Part shown: positions 60,359-64,000 of the stretch, piece by piece
How the letters are laid out: each line of letters begins with the position of its first letter
How positions within the stretch are numbered: position 1 is the first letter of the stretch
IMG/VR virus record: IMGVR_UViG_3300035157_001159
Location: 1-64,000 of that record
Direction: 5' to 3' (one strand)
Source: a virus
Length of the DNA stretch: 64,000 nucleotides
Translations under genes and position numbers: made by a program
The notes under the pieces: model-generated
What the model saw: only the letters and a program-made list of their open reading frames with translations
Database searches by the model: none
What the model was told of the DNA's origin: nothing

Positions 60359-60379
60359 GTAACAAAATTACATATTAAT

Positions 60380-60408
60380 TTGACTAAATAGTTGAAATGT
60401 GTTAGTAT
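60380..60408 (+). promoter_or_regulatory. sigma70-type promoter
   Basis: TTGACT, 17 nt, extended -10 TGtTAGTAT; CTAAATA overlapping. Confidence 0.75.
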
Positions 60409-60416
60409 TAACACAA

Positions 60417-60461
60417 CGTTCATCTCCCGTATAGGAGACGCAAGTAAGCCGACTCGGAACG
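60417..60461 (+). ncRNA. glutamine-riboswitch-like aptamer 1
   Basis: P1 CGTTC/GAACG, A, P2 TCTCC/GGAGA, CGCAAGTA; starts just after the predicted TSS; upstream of a DUF4278-like gene. Confidence 0.72.
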
Positions 60462-60464
60462 GAT

Positions 60465-60655
60465 CGTTCATCTCATGAACATTTTATTCGCTGCTGTTAC
60501 ATCAACCGCATTTACAGGTCTTTTGACTTGTGAACAAGCGAATGGTATTATCGAAAAGATAAAACCATCTTTTAGCCATAGATCTGAGATTGTGCAAATG
60601 ATCAAGGATTCTAGTGAAGAATGTGATTGGGACGCAAAAGCCGACTAAAGGAACG
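60465..60655 (+). ncRNA. glutamine-riboswitch-like aptamer 2, split by an ORF
   Basis: CGTTCATCTCA ... TGGGACGCAAAAGCCGACTAAAGGAACG. Confidence 0.6.
60475..60648 (+). CDS. 57-aa ORF nested in aptamer 2 (not in ORF track)
   Basis: MNILFAAVTSTAFTGLLTCEQANG...EECDWDAKAD. Confidence 0.65.
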   Translation: MNILFAAVTSTAFTGLLTCEQANGIIEKIKPSFSHRSEIVQMIKDSSEECDWDAKAD

Positions 60656-60688
60656 GATTAAAAACCCTACTACTTTGGAGTAAAGCCA

Positions 60689-60829
60689 ATGGCAAAAGTC
60701 ACTTACCGTGGAAATTCTTACGATACCGAAGAGTATCGTGAAATGCTCATAGCAGAGCATAACAAGAACAGAAACTACGATTTAATGTATCGTGGTCTTA
60801 AAGTTTCTAAGAAACTTCATGCTGTTTAG
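60689..60829 (+). CDS. DUF4278-like small protein, 46 aa (not in ORF track)
   Basis: MAKVTYRGNSY...LMYRGLKV (two YRG motifs); GGAG SD. Confidence 0.82.
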   Translation: MAKVTYRGNSYDTEEYREMLIAEHNKNRNYDLMYRGLKVSKKLHAV

Positions 60830-60852
60830 TTCCACAGAACAAAAAGAAAGAG

Positions 60853-60888
60853 GAAGGGGTTGAACCCCTTCTTTTTTTATGTTATAAT
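60853..60888 (+). terminator. intrinsic terminator overlapping the next sigma70 promoter
   Basis: GAAGGGG-TTGAA-CCCCTTC plus T-run; TTGAAC, 17 nt, TGtTATAAT. Confidence 0.8.
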
Positions 60889-60908
60889 ATATTCAAATTA
60901 ATTTAATT

Positions 60909-61070
60909 ATGGCAAGTAGAGGAAAACGATTAATTAAGTTGTTGGAGGGATTAGTTGCTCAGGAACATCTTTATACAGATGAAGAATTGAAGTCTATGAA
61001 AAGTCAAATAAGGGTACTTAAAGAAGAACTTGCTATTATTGACAATAAGTTATCAAAGGGATTTAAATGA
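60909..61070 (+). CDS. 53-aa helical hypothetical protein (not in ORF track)
   Basis: MASRGKRLIKLLEGLVAQEHLY...SKGFK; ATGA overlap with thyX. Confidence 0.72.
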   Translation: MASRGKRLIKLLEGLVAQEHLYTDEELKSMKSQIRVLKEELAIIDNKLSKGFK

Positions 61071-61702
61071 ACGTTAAATTTGTAAGTATCACTCCCGATG
61101 CTGAGAAGATGATGGCGTATATCGCTAGGGTATCAAATCCATCAAATCAGCAAAATGAGAATTATTCGGGGTTATTAAAGTATTGTATTAAACATAACCA
61201 TTGGAGTGTATTTGAACAATCCTCAATGACTTTGGAGATCGAGACGACGAGGGGACTAGCGGCCCAAATTTTAAGACATAGGAGTTTCACATTTCAGGAG
61301 TTTTCTCAGAGATATGCTGATACAAAACTCTTAGATACTCAAATACCTGTACCAGATCTTCGTAGTCAGGACTTAAAGAATCGTCAGAATAGTAATGATG
61401 ATATTCCACAGGAGAAAAAAGAGGAGTATCAGGCACTAATTGCAAGACACTTTGAGGATTCAATGAATCTTTATAATGCTCTGTTAGAAAACGGAGTCGC
61501 AAAGGAATGTGCTAGATTTGTGCTTCCACTTGCCACTCCAACCCGTCTGTATATGACTGGTTCGTGCCGTTCTTGGATTCACTACATTAATTTGAGATCT
61601 GCACACGGTACACAGAAAGAGCATATGGATGTTGTGGAGAAGGCAAGATCCATATTTGTAGAACAATTTCCTTCCGTTTCCGAAGCACTTGAGTGGGTTT
61701 AA
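61067..61702 (+). CDS. thyX: FAD-dependent thymidylate synthase
   Basis: HWSVFE, RHRSFTFQEFSQRY, ECARFVLP. Confidence 0.95.
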   Translation: MNVKFVSITPDAEKMMAYIARVSNPSNQQNENYSGLLKYCIKHNHWSVFEQSSMTLEIETTRGLAAQILRHRSFTFQEFSQRYADTKLLDTQIPVPDLRSQDLKNRQNSNDDIPQEKKEEYQALIARHFEDSMNLYNALLENGVAKECARFVLPLATPTRLYMTGSCRSWIHYINLRSAHGTQKEHMDVVEKARSIFVEQFPSVSEALEWV

Positions 61703-61704
61703 TT

Positions 61705-62073
61705 ATGGCAATTAATGATGACATCAAAATCACTATCAACCTCAATGAGTTGGTAGAAGTAAGAGCAAAACTCTTGACTCAGTATGAAGATTACGCAAAT
61801 GCGGTAGCAACTGGTGAGTATCTTGATGAAAATGATATAGATAGAATAGCAGTTAAATTAAGAGATACACTTACTTGGGATTCACTCTGGTTCATGGTAG
61901 ATGGTGCTATCTTAGATTATATGGGATTAAAAGATCCGAATAAAGCTCACTATGGTGAAACTGCTGGTGATGAACCTGCTAAAACGTATGAGAAGAATAG
62001 ACAACAATTTAAGATGGTTAAATTGGAATCACCCTCATGGACAATTGAAGTACCTGTGAGGAAGAATAAATGA
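61705..62073 (+). CDS. hypothetical protein
   Basis: ATG 61705 just after the thyX stop. Confidence 0.7.
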   Translation: MAINDDIKITINLNELVEVRAKLLTQYEDYANAVATGEYLDENDIDRIAVKLRDTLTWDSLWFMVDGAILDYMGLKDPNKAHYGETAGDEPAKTYEKNRQQFKMVKLESPSWTIEVPVRKNK

Positions 62074-62261
62074 TTGCTAAGAAAAAACCAAATCTTGAAT
62101 ATATAAAGGACGTTCCTCAATGGGAAAAATTGTATCTCAAAGAAATGAGAGGTAGTTTATCTGAACAGCAGATAGAACTTCTTGAAGGGCGAGATATCAA
62201 AGCTCATGAAGGAATGATCTACGGTCAAATGTATGGTGATTGGAAACGGAGGAGAGAGTAA
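62070..62261 (+). CDS. hypothetical protein
   Basis: Coupled at both ends. Confidence 0.68.
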   Translation: MIAKKKPNLEYIKDVPQWEKLYLKEMRGSLSEQQIELLEGRDIKAHEGMIYGQMYGDWKRRRE

Positions 62262-62623
62262 TGCCTTTATATCCAGTAGTAAACAAAAAAACAGGTGAAG
62301 AAAAGGAACTTGTGATGAAAGTTGCTGAATATGAAAAATGGAGAGAAGAAAATCCTGATTGGGATCGGGATTGGGTGAAAGGAGTAGCTAGTACAAGAAA
62401 CTTTGCTCGTAATCCTGAGGATTATAGTTCAGATGCTATCTGTGATGATTTCGCATATGATGATAAAAACGATAGTCTTTCATCTTCACGTTTCTTGACA
62501 AAAGATGGTCAAATACATGGAAAAAGATTTACTCCACCACCACCTCCAAAATCAGGGGGTCATGATCCTTGGGTAAGACCAAATAGAACACCAACAAGAC
62601 AACAAGGAGATTCAGTAAAGTAA
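62261..62623 (+). CDS. hypothetical protein, paralog of the next gene
   Basis: YPVVNKKTGE..W.E.NPDW.RDW. Confidence 0.7.
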   Translation: MPLYPVVNKKTGEEKELVMKVAEYEKWREENPDWDRDWVKGVASTRNFARNPEDYSSDAICDDFAYDDKNDSLSSSRFLTKDGQIHGKRFTPPPPPKSGGHDPWVRPNRTPTRQQGDSVK

Positions 62624-62624
62624 C

Positions 62625-62879
62625 ATGGCAACGTATCCAGTAGTAAACAAAAAAACAGGCGAACAGAAACAAGTCGCAATGAGCATCCATGATTGGTCTA
62701 AGTGGTGTGAAGATAATCCAGATTGGACTAGAGATTGGTCTGATCCATCAACATTGCCTGGTACTGGTGAAGTTGGTGAATGGAAGGATAAATTGAGAAA
62801 GAAAGCACCTGGTTGGAATACTATTTTGAAGAGAGCACAAAACGCAGCTCCAAGAAATCCTACTATAAAGCAGGTTTAA
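62625..62879 (+). CDS. conserved cyanophage protein upstream of phoH
   Basis: MATYPVVNKKTGEQK...GEVGEWKDKL...PGWN. Confidence 0.75.
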   Translation: MATYPVVNKKTGEQKQVAMSIHDWSKWCEDNPDWTRDWSDPSTLPGTGEVGEWKDKLRKKAPGWNTILKRAQNAAPRNPTIKQV

Positions 62880-62880
62880 T

Positions 62881-63633
62881 ATGCCCAGAAAAAAGAAGGT
62901 TGAACAACCTATCGGGGTTGGATTGACGACCAAACAAATAAAAAGAAAGAAACCAATTAATACTGATTATCTTGTTGATATTAATCCATTAACAGATAAT
63001 CAGCAAAGATTGTTTGATTCTTATAAAGAGGGAAAGCATCTCATTGCTTATGGTATTGCTGGTACAGGTAAAACTTTTATTACCTTATATAATGCAATAA
63101 AAGATGTTCTTTCTACAGATACTCCATATGAGAGAATCTACTTGGTTCGTTCATTAGTATCTACTCGTGAAATTGGGTTTTTACCTGGTGATCATGAAGA
63201 TAAAGCAGATATTTACCAGATTCCATATAAGAATATGGTGAAGTATATGTTCCAGATGCCTTCTGATGCTGACTTTGAGATGCTTTATGGTAACTTAAAG
63301 GCACAGGAAAGTATTAAGTTTTGGAGTACCTCGTTTATTCGTGGAACTACCTTAGATAATGCAATCGTGATTGTTGATGAGTTTCAAAACCTTAATTTCC
63401 ACGAATTAGATTCTATCATCACTCGTGTGGGTGAAAACTCAAAAATTATGTTCTGTGGTGATGCTAGTCAAACTGATTTGACTAAAACAAATGATCGTAA
63501 TGGTATTGTGGACTTTATGACTATCTTGCGTAAAATGCCTTCTTTTGATATAATAGAGTTTGGTGTTGAGGACATTGTTCGTTCTGGACTTGTCAAAGAA
63601 TATATTATTGCCAAACTTGAGAACGGAATGTAA
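62881..63633 (+). CDS. phoH: PhoH-like ATPase
   Basis: GIAGTGKT, IGFLPG, RGTTLD, DEFQN, GDASQTD. Confidence 0.95.
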   Translation: MPRKKKVEQPIGVGLTTKQIKRKKPINTDYLVDINPLTDNQQRLFDSYKEGKHLIAYGIAGTGKTFITLYNAIKDVLSTDTPYERIYLVRSLVSTREIGFLPGDHEDKADIYQIPYKNMVKYMFQMPSDADFEMLYGNLKAQESIKFWSTSFIRGTTLDNAIVIVDEFQNLNFHELDSIITRVGENSKIMFCGDASQTDLTKTNDRNGIVDFMTILRKMPSFDIIEFGVEDIVRSGLVKEYIIAKLENGM

Positions 63634-64000
63634 TGTTTAATCATGTTGATTTAGATCTCCAACCTCTTGAAAGAGAGCATATTGATGGAGTTCGTTATTA
63701 TAAGATTCCTGATGAGGATGAACTCGTCAAAATGGTTTCTATTACCTCAGTAACTAGTCATTTTAATAAAGAGATTTTTGTTAAGTGGAGAAAGAGAGTT
63801 GGTAATGAAGAAGCAGATAAGATCACGAAAGCAGCAACAGGTCGTGGAACCGACATGCATACGCTTACAGAGCATTATCTAAAGAATGAAGATTTGCCTG
63901 AAGTGCGTCCCATTTCAGACTTTTTATTTAAGATTGCCAAGGGTAAATTAAATAAAATAGATAATATATACGCTCTGGAAGGACCGCTATATAGTAAAGA
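63633..64000 (+). CDS. phage exonuclease (PD-(D/E)xK fold), runs off the window
   Basis: MFNHVDL...SITSVT...WRKRVG.EEA...RGTDMH; usual position after phoH. Confidence 0.82.
   Translation, partial: MFNHVDLDLQPLEREHIDGVRYYKIPDEDELVKMVSITSVTSHFNKEIFVKWRKRVGNEEADKITKAATGRGTDMHTLTEHYLKNEDLPEVRPISDFLFKIAKGKLNKIDNIYALEGPLYSK

Noticed and set aside
60359-60371. Canonical NtcA box
   Set aside because: Spacing is GTA-N7-TAC, not N8; kept only as an unassigned palindrome
60250-60471. 73-aa minus-strand ORF
   Set aside because: Antisense to promoter and aptamer with no coding signature
63633-64000. Cas4 or CRISPR association of the terminal nuclease
   Set aside because: Usual T4-like exonuclease after phoH; no array or cas genes present

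Overview
AT-rich segment of a large T4-like cyanophage (Kyanoviridae, most like the P-SSM2-type Prochlorococcus myoviruses), almost entirely + strand. 1-8.7 kb: glycan cluster (gmd, fcl, GT11, GT4-like, GT6, FkbM methylase, two GT25, NDP-sugar epimerase, flavin halogenase). 8.8-14 kb: photosynthesis auxiliary genes (four hli, petF, psbA with a PhotoRC-II-like leader). 15-49 kb: late-promoter-driven virion/tail-fibre region with a subtilase, three Gly-rich modular adhesin-like proteins and two Cys-rich paralogs. 49-56 kb: heptose/carbamoyl cassette (GT9-like, NodU/CmcH carbamoyltransferase, split HldE, HAD, cupin, HldD). 57-64 kb: core genes (nrdC, thyX, phoH, exonuclease). Most notable features not shown by the ORF track: (1) a tandem glutamine-riboswitch-like leader whose second aptamer contains a 57-codon ORF, upstream of a DUF4278-like gene; (2) a twice-repeated structured intergenic element bracketing an 11 kb module; (3) type-1-copper-like cupredoxin modules in virion proteins; (4) adhesin modules nested inside one another and sharing an N-terminal peptide. 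All calls come from reading motifs by eye; no database search was run.
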